Shown here: positions 13,778 through 27,700 of the stretch, one piece after another
How positions within the stretch are numbered: position 1 is the stretch's first letter
Layout: each line of letters begins with the position of its first letter
Assembly: GCA_905178155.1 (NCBI GenBank)
Contig: CAJINV010000012.1
Span: 2,870,353 to 2,934,352, forward strand
Source: Amoebophrya sp. A120
Lineage: Eukaryota; Protista; Dinoflagellata
Direction of reading: 5' to 3'
DNA: 64,000 nt
Program-made: the position numbers and the translations under genes
The notes under the pieces: model-generated
Databases searched by the model: none
Told to the model about the DNA's origin: nothing
Seen by the model: only the letters and a program-made list of their open reading frames with translations

Positions 13778-14960
13778 CCTTAGTTGCAGCCCGTCGTGGT
13801 GCTGTGTGCGGTATCTAATAGACTGCCTAACCCTAAAATGAGGTACTTTAGAGTAAATGACGATAAATTTTGTCGCTTTACAAAATTTTTTTTTTTTTTA
13901 CAAAATATTAGGGAAACACACGTTTTTGTGCAGGAAAGGGACAGCAATGCACTAATTTTGGATTACAAAAAAGCATGCATGTTTCCAACACGTGCTACAA
14001 CTAACAACAAAAATACACGTTTTGTCTGGCCTGCATGAAAACTGTTGGTCGAAAACAGCCTACTAGTAGTCGCACATAAAGAGTCGTGACTTCCAAACTC
14101 AGTATAAAGTTCCTTTGCTTGCGCGCTTCTCTTCTTCTACCAGGGATCTGATTCTCGTCTTCTTAGAATAGTCATAGTGGCACAGCACTTCACTTCATCT
14201 AGTCTTTACCGACTCTGCTCTGATCTGCTTTCTTTAGAAAGATTTCGATCGTCAGTGTTTTTTCTGCGCTTCTGAGAGAAATTCGCAGTGCTTTGATATT
14301 CAGCCTGTTCTCTTCATCCTAGTAGGAACACAGCGGGGTCATATGAAATGCTCTTGCCATTCTAGCCGATACCCGGTCAGTACGAACTACTTGTGCTCTT
14401 CTTTTTAATTGAAAAACTTTTACTCAACTCTGCTGTGATAAGTTTAGGAAAATAAGCAGCAGAAAGCGCTTTTTCTTGCTCTGTGAATTATTTGTCGAGG
14501 AAAGTGATACTCCGCCTCAAATGTTGATGACAGGTCGCTGAGCTAGAAAACGAAAATTTTTCTTCGAATGAACGGCGCGACTTGATATTTCTTGCCGCGG
14601 CGAAGTTGTACTGATATACTTTCAAACTAAACACCTTTTGATGCTGACTCTGAAAGCGAGCCTGTTGTAAATATTTCTAGGACGATATCGGCTGCGTCTT
14701 AGGTACCGAACTGCTTTATATCGATAAGTTTTACTAGATTGGGACTTTCAATACTTGTCGCTATTTTTTGGGGAAAATGTACCAAATCGACAGCACAACA
14801 GCAGCATCACAACAGAGCACGTGCCTTTGGTGCTATTGATGACATCAAATCATCTTCTGCTGGTGTGCAAGATTTTTCTTTTTGTGACGTCGTATGTCGT
14901 AGTCGCTACCTCCTACACAATGATACTTTTCCCTTTTTGATGGACAAACCGGAACCTCTT

Positions 14961-17900
14961 CTATCTTGGCGTCGTCCCGTCCATGTTGACATCCCCATCC
15001 TCTGTTACTTCCGGCGGTGCCATTTTGTAGCCGTGCTCCACCTATCAAGTGCAAAAATGTCTGGGTCTGGGAAAGTGCAAACTTGTCATGCAGATTTTTC
15101 ATGACCCACGAGGTGTGGAGTGCGGGACTTAGCATGACAGACTCTGCGAGGTCTCCGTCTCTCCCATGCCTATCCTGCATGAGAAACTGCCTTCCATCTT
15201 GGTCAAAAGTGGACAGCTTTTGGCACTCCTGCAACACAGATTTTTGCATGCTTCAGATTTACCATGACAAGTTGCAACCTCCCAGACCCAGACACTTTTG
15301 CATTTGATACCACCGTGAAAAACTGGTAGATTTTCTTCCGGAGCTCGTGTGCTGGTTTCAAGTCCTTCTTCGTGAACGAAGCTTTTGTGAAGGGGTCCAT
15401 ACCGTCGCCCATGGCGATTCGCTCCGCCGTGTCTCTGTTGACGATGTTGCCGGAAGGGAGCTCCACGGGATCGTTCATTACGATGTCCCTGATAGAGTAA
15501 CAGTTTTGGGTTTTTGCATGACAGATTCTTTTCCTCATTCGAGACCTGCATGCGAAATTTTCATTTTGGAAAACAAAAAAAAAACTTCAAAAAGTCGTAC
15601 ATTAACGGATCCATGTATTCCTCTGGTAGCGAGCCCACTTTCTGCTCGATCGCCGCCAGCTGGTCTTCCGCAGACCCCGTCTGCTCTAGTAATGCTTTGA
15701 CAAAGCTTGCGAACTCCTCAGACAAGTCTTTGCTTATCATGCCGTCGCGGCGGGAAATGCGGACAGCCTTTTCGAAGGTGTTGATGTTCCCCGCTCGAGC
15801 GTCGTTGATCACGTGGTGGATTACCTGTTTTAATATTTGATGTACGGGACAATAAATACGGTTGGATGTTGCGACGTCGTTCGTGCTGATTTTTCCAATG
15901 CGAAAACACATTGAGTTTGAGATAGCAAAACCTGCATCATTCAACATGGTAGTAGAACTTTCTGTACCTTATCCCTTTCTGTCCTTGCTATGACGACGAG
16001 CATCTCGATGATGAAAGTGAGCAGTTCCACCGGCTTGAAATGAAACTCGGCGTAATCTTTCTGCCCGCCTTGCTGCTTCAAATTCATGGACTTGGGGCCG
16101 ACAAGCCTGTGAGAGTTGTTGTGTCCTCGTTCATGCAATAATCATAATGTCCAATCCTGCATGACAGAAGCTATTTCTCATGCGCAGCGCTGCAACAGAA
16201 AAAATGTATCAAATACCTGTCCATGCAGGCATTCAAACAGTTCTGGACCATCTGCTGCAGAACCACGGATATCCTGTGCAAAAGTATCGCACTCGTAGTA
16301 ATTGCAGTCATGCATTACAAATATTTTTATCAAGGCAAATCCGCATTACAAATTCCATTTCTCATGTTTAGGAAATTTGTATTGCAATTCATACTAGTAC
16401 GATACTTTTGCAATGCATAACGGATTTTTTCGTCACGATATTACAGTGAAAAATGCCACCACCCCGGAATTTACAAAAGTTTCTCATGCAAAGTTTCCAA
16501 GTGAAAGCTTTTTGTCTTGCATGAGAGGACTACGAGCGTTTCTGATGCAGAATCTAGGTGCGCGAGCTATCTTTTGCATAACAGATCCGGCTACTGGTGG
16601 GCTCCTTTGCAACACAGATTCAAGCTATTCAGCATGGAAAATTTGTGATGCTGATACATGCAAGACGGGGAATGTTTCTATTGGAAAGGTTTGCAATATA
16701 AAGGGTGCCAAGCTTGGGGTAGGGGCATTTCTCATTGTGATACACGATTTCCGGTGTTTCTTTCACGATGGAGTGCAGGGTCTTAATCGTCCGGAACCCT
16801 AATTTCATGTAGGTGACGCAGTGCTCCTTGGGGTCTCTTCTGGATCTTCTGTACAAATCCTCGCCCTGCTCGTTCCTTTCGTCGTCCTCCATGCCACCGC
16901 GGTCGACGCCGACGCCTTTTATTTAGTGGAATTAGTGATGCAAAAACTACACGAAGACAGTGTCAAAGAAAATGAAAAATGCAGTTTATGCATGACAGAC
17001 ACAGAATCAATGATCACGTTCTTGAAAACACGCTCTATACCAGCCGCCGCCGTTTCCATCAACTCCTCGTCATTGATCTGCTCCCCTCTGGCTCTTCTCT
17101 CGGCCAACACTTTCCGTTTTCTTATCGATGCCAACGTGTCCATGCCCTCATCCAATTGCACCGTCGCATCCGACATCAGCAAGTTCAGGAACTTCAAAAA
17201 ATCGTCCTCCTGTTCGGATGCGAAATTTCTCAAATTTTTCCGGTGTAGCTCACTGGACTGGTTCCCAGAAATCAACAACCCGAAGAGTTCCATGATGGGC
17301 ACGCGGAGCTGGTATTTCAGCTGCATCCTGATATCGTAATAACTTTGTTTTGTTTTCTCCACCGCGTTGAAAACGAGCAAGCACGAGGGGATGATGTTCT
17401 GGACCACCGGCTTGAATTCCTGGAGTCTCGTCGCCCACCGCTGGGACTTGATCAAAAAGCTAATAATGTTCACCACTTTCCCCCGGGTACTCGGGTTCTT
17501 CACGTGGTCGCCCGCGCCGAGGAAGAAGACGAGCAAGAGTAAGAGACTGTCCACATCTACCCTTTGGTAAAACGGGTGCTGGGTCGTTGGTGGGTACTGC
17601 ACGTCGCGGAAATATTCCAAAATCGCGACGAGATTCTCCACCAAGCACGCCGGCAGGACCGACCACTCGGGGGAAACCTGCTTCGGGGGGATCGTCACAT
17701 TCGTGAACGCCGCTGCTGGTCTATCCGGGTTGTCGGCGAACTTCGGCTTGCATTCCGGGTAAGCGGCGGCGAGTAAGTACAGTTATGGGACTGTCAGGAT
17801 CGAAATCGACAAAGTCGAAAAATTTGTAATGCATAAAATGTAGAGCACGTATGGCCTGTGTTGGGGAGCAAGCAAATGAGACCGGTGGCAGGCCTGTTTA

Positions 17901-20900
17901 GGGGAAGGCGTTGTGCTGCCAGAGTACCATGACAAGAGCAGTCTTCTTTGCCCAAACAGCATGACAGACTGGATTTTAGTGCTTCCGAAATTTGTCATGC
18001 GCCACTTGGAAACTGAGGCTCCGACTGGTGTCGATTTTATGCATCACAGGTTTTTCGATTTTGTCAATTTCGATTCTGACACTCCCATAACAATGCGAGT
18101 AGATTTATGCCGTGGATCAACCCGGACAGGAATCCCTCCTGCTCCAACACCGTGCTGATGCACAAATGCTCTATTCAGGAACAAAAGTGTGTAAGTGTAA
18201 CTTTCTTTGAGGAACAGCATCACAAATATGCTCTACATGACAGAGAAACCTTGTCATGCATGGTTTGTATAGGGAAAACACCCATGAAAAGAGGACTTGA
18301 TGGCTGTCTGGCATGACAGGTGTAACTCTGTTGCATCTTCTGCAGCACAAATTTACACTTACACAGTTTTTTTCTTGCATATGCTCCCCGAAGCACTTGT
18401 CCGCTTTCTCCGGCGCTTTGTTCCACAGAGAAGAAAACGCCGCGACGTAGCACATGTCCTCCTTCAACACCGGGCAGGCGAGGCAGTTGAAGGATTTGAG
18501 TAACAGCGTGAAGATCTGCGTCGCGAACTTAAATTTCTGCTTCTGGTTCCCGTTCTCATCCAGCAAAGCCATCTTCAAACCGCTCTTCGCAAGCTTCACC
18601 TGTTCCTCGTCGCCCATTTTTGTTTCGGAGGAAAAATCGCCGAGTAACTTTTTCACTTCCTCGTCCACGGCGAAAATGCTGGAGTCTAACAACTGCCCCA
18701 CCGCGGAAATTTTCACGGGTCGATTCAACTCCAGTAACAGCCAGAACACGTTCAACCCGCACCCGGGCGTGGAATACCCGACTGTCCTCGCTTGCTGGAT
18801 CTGCATGGTTAACCGGGCGTCTAAGTTCTGGTGGAAGGGGATGTCCGAGTTGGACAAGGTGTCGATGAAGTGGTTTATCAGATACAAAAATGTCTGGGTC
18901 TGGAAACTTGTGATGCTAAAAGTGAATCGTAGACGGACTGCAATACGCAGCTATGCATGACAAATTTTTTGGCTCCCATGTCTTACGTATTCCGCATGGC
19001 AAACTGCGTTTTTGCATGACAGGTAAGAGGGCCTTTTCGTGCTTATGCAACACAGATTCTCGAGTCATGCCAGGCAAGCATGACAAACTTGCATTCTTCT
19101 AGTAGACCCAGACACTTTTGCATTTGATATGGTTCTCCTGCCCGCCCTCGTGAATCTGGTTCGCGCCCTTTGCGCGGTCGTCATTTCCCTTCAACATCTC
19201 GGCGAGCCAGTGAACGACCGCTTCCCGGCAGTCCTCGCCGGAACGCAGCTATCAACTGCAAAAGCATCGTACTTGTCCTAAAGTTGCAAACATGCATGAC
19301 AAATCTTCTTCCTAAGGGAAAAGAGCATTGGAGATTCCTTTTCTACTAATGCTGAGGGAATTTGTGATGCTATTTCTACTAGTACGTTAGACTTTTGCAC
19401 TTCATAGTAGCAGCGGATTCACCACGTTCAGGGTTTGCTCCATGACCTAGTAAATAAATTGGGTTTCGTTTCACTTTCGTTTCAAGATTATGCATGACAA
19501 AACACACTTCCACTCCACGTCTCAGCAACACAAGTTCACATTAGAATTATACCTGTCCCATGGTCCCTTGCAACGTTTTTTTCGACGCCTCCACGGTTTT
19601 CTGGGATTTTTTGGTCGCGTTTTCGAAGTGCATCGACCTCACGTCCGCTTTCACCGAGCGGTACAGCATGGTGTCCATGGTGGTTGGACAGAGTAGTGTT
19701 CCGAAAAGCGATTCCATTTGCAAATTGAACCCGTTAGATTTTTCCTGTCCAGCTTTCGTCCCGAACATAATCTTCTGTGCGTCGGGTTGGAACTGCTTGC
19801 TGCAGGTGGTGACGATTTTGTTCAGCAACTGCGATTTTCTGCTGATCAGACTGGTCAAAAACCCAACATCCTGCATTTTGTGGTCCGTGAAACACCTGCC
19901 CTTGATCCTCTGCATTAGTTGGTCCAACGCCGGTTGGAAGAGAATTTGTATCGCGGTGAGCTGGTCATCTGCCGGGTCTAGTTCATCACAAATCGTGGTC
20001 ACCAGTAAGTGGACGAAGTTTAGCGTTAATATCCGGTTCGGCACGGGTCCGCCGGGGGTTAGTGGCGTTGGGCAAAATAATTGGACCAGCAAATCCGCAC
20101 CGGCGACTTATCCTGAGTAAAAACGCCCCCACACCAGAGTCAAGATGGGGAATCTGCTAGACAAAATCAGCCAGCTTTGGTTGTTTCGCATGACAAGTTT
20201 GTCCGCGTAGTGTGATCCTGTTTAGGTAGTTCAGCAGCATCAGAGATATATCTTATCATGCTGATTATAGCATCACAAATCCCAAAACACGGCCAGAAAA
20301 TGCTTCTCATGGGGCTCCGCATGAGAAACTCTTTTGGCGTGCTGATTTGCATGACAACTCTGGGGCGAGGACGTTTTTGCTCGGAATACGACTGTGCTCA
20401 TGTTCATGTTACCGTCCGGGTCGCTGAACATTTCCGGCATATGGATTGCAAATATGTCTGGGTCTGGAAGGTTGGAACTTGTAATGCTAGCTTTCCATAC
20501 CTAAAAAAAAATCTGTATTGCATAACCAACAGAAGTCGCTGCAGCCTCTTTTGTGCATGCAAATACGCAGTTTCTCATGTGGATTGCGTATGAGAAAGCG
20601 TTCTCGAAAGTTGTCATGCTGGGTTGCATTCGGAGCTGTTTCCATCATCCACATTTCAGCATCACAAGTTTCCAGACTTGTGATGTTTGCATTTCATAAG
20701 GCATGGTCAAGACCAAATTCGCGTATCTGGCGAGCAAGCGCATCAAGTCCGGGATTTTGTCCTTCAGCTCTTGCTGGAGTTTGTCCTTCCTTGCGAAGTC
20801 CTCACAGCGGAGGAAGCACCCATGTAAATACTGGATCTGTTTGATCTGGTCCGCGTACAGTATGCCCAGTTTCGCCTCCACGATCAAGTCTGCGCGGTTG

Positions 20901-21013
20901 AAGGAAGGTGACTCGGCTTCCTTTAGCTGGTCAACCACGGCCTTCACAAAATTCGCAGACTGCGCATCGTAGCTGCATTCCAGAATGCGCTCGATGATTT
21001 TGGACTCGTCCAT
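14961..21013 (-). CDS. UFD2: Ubiquitin conjugation factor E4 (UFD2/UBE4, U-box ligase)
   Basis: Ufd2 core motifs VKNPSTRGKVV, FLNLLMSDATVQLDEG and LVGPKSMNLK..FHFKPVELL; C-terminal U-box [27 protein letters not shown]..DPFTK; 9 introners plus about 5 GT-AG introns. Confidence 0.93.
15043..15309. mobile_element. Introner family A, 267 bp
   Basis: DR CCACC; GT-AG register possible. Confidence 0.9.
16270..16419. mobile_element. Introner family C, 150 bp
   Basis: DR ACGGA. Confidence 0.9.
16439..16742. mobile_element. Introner family E (TIR TATYACARTGARAAATGCC), 304 bp
   Basis: DR CACGA; closely similar to 40319-40623. Confidence 0.9.
17784..18089. mobile_element. Introner family F (TIR TATGGGA..GTCAG.ATCGAAAT), 306 bp
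   Basis: DR ACAGT/ACAAT; inverted relative of 62422-62731. Confidence 0.9.
18172..18381. mobile_element. Introner family G (TIR TATGCAAGAAAAAAA), 210 bp
   Basis: DR TGCTC. Confidence 0.85.
18876..19129. mobile_element. Introner family A, 254 bp
   Basis: DR TGGTT. Confidence 0.9.
19250..19406. mobile_element. Introner family C, 157 bp
   Basis: DR GCAGC/GTAGC. Confidence 0.85.
20109..20388. mobile_element. Introner family B, 280 bp
   Basis: DR CGACT; opposite orientation to 682-974. Confidence 0.9.
20440..20698. mobile_element. Introner family A, 259 bp
   Basis: DR CGGCA/AGGCA; same subfamily as 50891 and 61836. Confidence 0.9.
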
Positions 21014-21756
21014 TTTGTTACGGGTTTTTTCGCGTAGTGAAAATCAATGTGGACGGTCTTTATTAAAAGGTATTATAAACAACCAATTAGTGGGCGGGGT
21101 TAGAGCGCGACATGTGTGACACGGTGGACACATCGACGGTGATCAAGACGTGGCTGTTTTTATAGATACGCAAATTATTGTCTACGGTTTCTATTGGACT
21201 TGCGGCTGAGGAAAAATCAGTTGCTGTGTCGAAAAATCACAAACCAAGGAACAGGAAATGATTTGACACAGTACAACTACGTAGAGGTCCTGAAATAAAT
21301 CGATGAGTGGGAAAAGCAATTGACCTTATGTGCTGCAACAACTTTGAAGATGGCCAGATTTGCTTTGAAGCAGAAAAACCGCCGGCGTCATATTTGAGAA
21401 CTGATCATGAAGATCGATCGGAGAAAATACAGAACAGCAGGAGCTCGCTCCTTGAAAAGTGCAAAAGAGCCGACAGGCTCGTACCGCCAAGCACATTCTT
21501 GCCGGTGGACTCGCTTGCTTTTATTGCACCAGAGATTCAGCTGCATTGCTTTCATCTCGAGGACAGTGAAACGGAAAATACATCAGTGACAATGACTACT
21601 TGCCTTGTAGGAGCCGTAGTATCCAAATTCAGGGTCCACCAGCGGAAATAACTTCTGTTTTTGCCTTAGGTAATCTTACATTCGAAAGTTCTTTCCTGGG
21701 AAGTAGATTCATTTTTGTTATAAATGCGACGCTGCTCGAAGCTGCATCCAAAAATC

Positions 21757-24700
21757 TTACAAGCACAAATTCGCCCCCGCCAAACTTCCCCCGCGTTTCA
21801 GCTTTGGCTTGTTGGCGCTCGACGCGGTGCTCTCCTGCCGGCGAAATTTTGGTTTCTCCGAGGACACCGCAGAAGCGAGTGAGGGTTGCGGCTGAGGAGG
21901 TAGGGCGGGTGGCACCCCTGGAACTAAAGACCCGCGTTGGTGGTCTTGCTGGAGTTGCTGTTGCGACGGCTGAAATTGGGGTGGAGCTGCTGCAGTTACA
22001 GGAGCTGGAGCCTGCATCTGTGGTGGCGGCATTTCTTCTACAGCCTGCATGAGTTGTTGTGAATGTGATGGTGGTGCTGGGTGTTGTTGTTGGTACGGCA
22101 TCGATGGGGGAGCAGGGTGGTGTGGTTGAAGGCCGGTGTTGTACACTGCTGGGGGCAGTGGAGGAGGTGCGGGGGACTGCATGTGCATTTGCGGCATCTG
22201 TGATGATGCTGCACCTACACCGGTATAGCTGCTAGTCGCGCCGTACACTTGCGGGTCGTACCTCGGCGTCACTTGCTGCTGCACTTGTTGCGATTGGCCG
22301 TGTGCAGGCAAAACTCCATTAGCGTTAAAACCACCTCCTGCACCATACGCAGGTGCAGCTTGTAGTCGGGTTGGTTGCTGCTCCGCCGCGCCGTACCGTG
22401 CGTGGTCGTAACGGTTGGATATTTGCTGTGGTCCCAAGTGCAGTTGTTGTCCCTGCGAAGAAGAACTACTCATCGTCATACCAGTCGGATCGACGAGGTT
22501 CACGGCTGGCGGAGCAGCAGTGACCGACATCGGCGTCTCTTGCAGGTGGTAATTATTCGTCGCGCCGTAGTGCTGCTTTTCCCCCGACTGAACAAAATAC
22601 GTTTTACTCGGCGTACGATTAGTAGTAGCTGGTGTGGAAAACTGCAGCTGCTGTGGGTCTGGCTGTGCGAGGTGCTGGTTCAGATTTCCTGGTTGCGTTT
22701 GCGGTGTTTGCAGCATGAAGTTCATTTGCGAAGAAGAAGCTGAAGCAGCGCCGACAGAAGCAGCCCCGACAGAAGCAGCGCCGAAGCTGTGGCGGCGAGA
22801 AGCGTCGTTGTGCGGCTCCACTGTCTGTTCAGCTGCACCTGCTGTGCCACCCCGAGTCTTGCTTTCGTTTCGCGAAGAGCCATTGCTTTGTAGTTGATTT
22901 TGCAGATTTTCATCCCCGCGCGGAAAATTCATTTTGTGCAGCTCCGCCGTGTTCATAGAGGACGCAACAGAGAAGTTCTGAAGATAATTTTCGTCGTACT
23001 TGTAGTAGTCGTATTCCTGTTCTTCCTCATCCTCTTCAAATTTGTGGTAGATTTTCTCCCGCAAAAATTTCTTCCCGTCGAACACATTCTCCGCCCCGTT
23101 CTCCCTCAAGTAGTCTTCAAACTCGTCATTCCAATCTGCGGCAATCCGCATGATTTCCGAATGAATCAACCGGAACGATCTCGCGTCAAGTAAGATCATG
23201 TCTTCGAAAAATCGCGAAGCTCCTGGTGGTGGAGTTTCACTTCGCTCACCACCGCCCTGCAGGACAGAATTCTTGTTCGCTGCAACCACGTCGAGCAAAG
23301 GATTCTTCGTGAACAGTGGCGGCTTGAGTAGTCTCTTCTTAAACGCCATCACACTGCTGTTCTGCGACTTTCCCGGGCTACTCCCATTTCCCGTTCCATT
23401 CGTGGGTAAAGAGCTGCTGATGTGGTTCATCAGGTCAATGCTGTTCCCGTCCATGACTTTTTCCCCCTTTTTCAAATTCAACCTCTTTTCCGCTTCCACA
23501 TTGGCCGCAATAAATTCGGGGATCACGATTTCGTTCTGGATGGTCTTCAAAAACTGAAACGCCTGCATCGCCAGCTGATCCGCCGTTTCATTCTTCGGTA
23601 AATCCACGCCGAACATCTTCTTGCACTTCCGTTCGAAGAACTGTCGCGTCCACACCGCAGGTAGTGGCCCGGGGGCAATCGCCCGACACAGATCCGTTTG
23701 GGCGAATTGCTGCAGCGCTTTCCCTAAATGCTCCACTTGCAGTGTTTCGATCGGGGAGCAAAAGTGGCGGGCGTTGGACCAGCGAAGGGGGGATTTTTTC
23801 ATGTTGTTGTTCTCATCACCATCATTGTCATTTCCTGATGCTGAGGACAACACTGCCACTGGGGAAAGCCCGGTCGTTCCCTCCTCTCCGTTCCAATCGG
23901 GCGGGAGCTGCAAATCCCGACCCTCCCACTTCTTCTCCGTGATAAGCTCCCCCGATGCAGTTCTTGGCTTCAAATTCGAGTGGATGAAGTAGTAGGGCGG
24001 GGGAAGCAGTAGGTCCTCTTCGTCCAGCGCAGCTTCTTTTCCCTGCTCCTTTTCCCCTACTTCCGATAGTACCGGTTTCTTCGCCAAATCCAGCCCTGGT
24101 AATTGCGGCGGAAACCCCACTTTCTCGTAGGGGTAGATGAACGCCAACGCACCACTACAGACGTTCAGGATCGCGAGAATAACGACATCGTCTAAGGACA
24201 TGCGGTTGCCGTAGAGCCACAGAGAAGTTTTATCCTTCCGGTTCTCGTACTCCTTATCGATGGAACTCCAAAGGTCGAGGAGCTTTTTGATGAAGGTCGG
24301 GATCTCCGTTTTCCGCATCGTGTCCATCTGCTCAAGGGTTTTCAACAACTCCTGCTTTCTTTCCTGTAATTCGCTCAGCTTCGCTTCACACTCGCTTTCC
24401 GCAGTACCATACTGGGCTTGTTCCTGCTCTCCTTGTTCGTTGGGTCGTTCTTTCTGCTGTGAAGACCACGAAGAGGGTCTGCTCTTGCTACTCCTGCTGT
24501 TATTCGCATTCACCGCCTTGTTACGGGAGTTCCGCAAGCTCGTCAGTTCCTCTTCCAATTGTGAAATCTCACTTTCCACCTCGTGGTACTCGGTCAGCGC
24601 TTTCTATCCTGTGTAAAACCATCCCCGCACCATAGTTGTCATGCAGATCTGCATGCTCAAAATGTTTGTCATGCGGAGCCCCAACATGAGAAGCGCCCTC

Positions 24701-27700
24701 TACTCGTGCTTTGGATTTTCTAACGCTCCAATCAGCATCAGAGGCTAGATCTCTCATGCTGCTGAACGAGCTAAACAGGAGCGCACTGACTACGAGACCA
24801 AACCTGTCATGCGCAACAACCAAAGCCTTTTGATTTGTCTAGCAGATTCCCCATCGTGACTATGGGGTGGGGACGTTTTTGCACAGGATACTTCCGTCGT
24901 GTTTTTCAAGCACACGTTTACTTTCACTACCGTCATTAAAATGTTTACCAGCCCGCCCATCACAAATTTCGGGAGCGGCATCCCCTCGGGGCAGAGGTTG
25001 TGGAGGTAGCGGTGCTTGTCGCGAAAGTTGTTCTCGTCGTATGGAGGAAGCTCGGAGTCGTCGATTACGATGTCTTCGTCTTGCTCCTCGATTTGGGAAT
25101 CTTTATCCGGAACTAGTACAGAATCCGGAGCCTCCTCTTTGTGCTCTCCCTCCTTGCTGACAGCTCCACCCACTCCTACCGCCGGCGCCACGACCTCTCC
25201 GCTCGTCCCGCGCTTCGGCGTCGCTGCACCAGAACCGGGTAGTAGTTCTTTGGAAGTCTTCTTTTTGTTCGGAACTGCCCAGGGAGAGGTGGGGCGCTTC
25301 GGTAATCCGCAGGACTTCGGGGAGTCGTCGTCGTCGTCATGCGCTGCAGTGATTGGAGGTTTTGGAGTCGAGGGGACCGAAACAGGAGGTTTGCTTGCTT
25401 GATGTCCCACCGATGGCTCGTTTCCCGTTTCTTTCGAAATCGGACTGGAACCGACATCCCCGTTTGTCGCGTTGTCCACGGGCATCGTTTTGAGGCTTGT
25501 CATGCCGCTGCTGGATGACTGCTTCTCGATGGTGTTCATCTTTCCGTCTGTAGTTTTTGTTGTACCAGCCGCGTTCTCTTCTCCACTGTCGACTCCCAAA
25601 ACAAGCGGGACAGGTTCTGTTGCCTGAAGTTGTTGTGCCTGATCAGCACTACTAGCTTTATTTTTCTTGTTCCTCTTTTCCCTTGCAATCTTCCTTTCCT
25701 CCAACTTTTTTTTCCGCAACTTTTCCCTTTCGTCATTCAAAAACTTCTCTTTCCGTTTTTCAAACTCCCGCTCTACTACTTCCTTGTCCGGCTTTTCCAG
25801 AAATTTCGCGAAATGCGACTCCCCGAACTCCTCACAGAGCAACTCCAGGATGTCCGAGGACTCTTCCAAATACCTACCGTTGTAGATAATCGCGGGCGTG
25901 GTGCAATTTTTCCCGACTTTCACCACCCAATCCGGCTTGTCCTCCATGTCCGACACGATAATTTGGTGCGGGATCTTCGCCGCTTTCAACAGCGCATCCA
26001 CAGCGGAAGACACCGAACAGGACTTCGCCAAGAGACCGCCGACCTCCTGACCTAACAGCCACAAATGGTCGTGATCTTGCGCACTACTAGTTGTACCCGC
26101 AGATGAGCCTGCCGCTGTCATCGGAATCGATTTTCCCCGGATATCTCCTCCACAGAACAAGTACACCACGTTTGGCTCCGGATTGTCAATGCAGGTCGGC
26201 GTGAAATCCACGTTCGTGCCGTGCAAGCAGTACTGGTCGGGGGCGATCTGTCCGAACGCGATTTCAATGTCGTAGGGGCGGATCTGGTAGTTATGCACTT
26301 TATTCGTCGTTATCAAATGTAAAAATGTCTGGGTCTGGAAGGATGCGAACTTGTAATGCGTGTTGCGGATCTTACAAAAATCTGTGTTGCATGACTTGCA
26401 AAAGATCCCCATTTCTAGCCATGCCGAGGGGGCATTTGTCATGCAGAATAGGCATCACCAAGGGGCTGCAGAACCTGTGATGCTCGGCCCTGCATTCGAG
26501 ACTTGGCGGAGCTTGGAAAAACTGCATGACAAATCTCAGAAGCTTCCAGACCCAGACACTTTTGCAATTCATAGTCGTCCCCATCACCGTGTGTCTTTGC
26601 CCACCGAGCGACCGGTCGCACTTGTTCTTGATCACGGTGGAAAAAATGGAGGACGTCGTCGTGGACAGGTTCGCCGCCCGCTTGGAATGAAATTCGTTTT
26701 CCTTACTTAGCTTTCCCGATTTTGATAGTCCAGGGTGCAGCTGCTGGTCATGGTTTGTTTGTTGAATATGATTGTCAGAAAGCTGCACATAACTCTCGAC
26801 CGCCACCGGCTGTTGCTGCTGCTGCTGTTGTTGTTTCATCACCGCGGAAGTGGAATTCATCAACAGATCTTGTGACAACTTCGCAGAAGAAGTCAGCAGC
26901 TGGTCCTGTTTCTGGTTGTTGTGCAGGACTAACCCGAGGACTTGATTCAACTGCATAGACACCTTCCCCAACGTCTGCTCGATCATCTGCATGAAGTTCT
27001 GAATTTGGCTGTACTGCTGCTGATTCAACTGCAACTGCTGGAGAGAGACATCAGATCCGCTCGTCACCATTAACTGCTGATTAGAGGTGGAAGACGGCGC
27101 AGCTGCCTCGCCTTCGTATGTCATGACCTGCTTGTTCATACTCGGCTGAATGAAATGATCACCGTCCATAGACTTCACCTCCAAGCCCTCACCTCCCAAC
27201 TCCGCCAAGTCGTCATCCCCGATGTCAGAGCCGATCTCCACAAAGTCGCTGATCTTGTTGAAATTCGCAAACACCCGGGCGGGTCGGAAACCGTCGGAGG
27301 ACGCGGGGATCTTCTCCATCGTGTCGCCAAACCGCAGCTTGCCGAAGACGATGTCATCTCGAAAGTACCGGTGGGCGGCGCAAATTTCATCGTGGTACAC
27401 CCCGTCCCGGCCGGTGAAGGTGAGGGAGAGAGCGAAGTCCGTGTTGTTGGCGAGATCCGCCATGTACACTTCCGAGATATCAGCCAATGGAGAATCCTTC
27501 GTAATCACGTGCTCGGCGACGCAGACCGCAGTTACGAGAGGGATTTCGGTGACCTGAAATAAAGTTCATTTCGTCATTCGGGTTTTGCAGTGCAGGTGAA
27601 TTTTCTCATGCGAAATTAGGACTAGAACCAACAAAGTTATCTTGTACCAACAACGGCAGCCATTTCATGTAGGTTTCCCCTTCCAAAGTCTGCTCCATTT

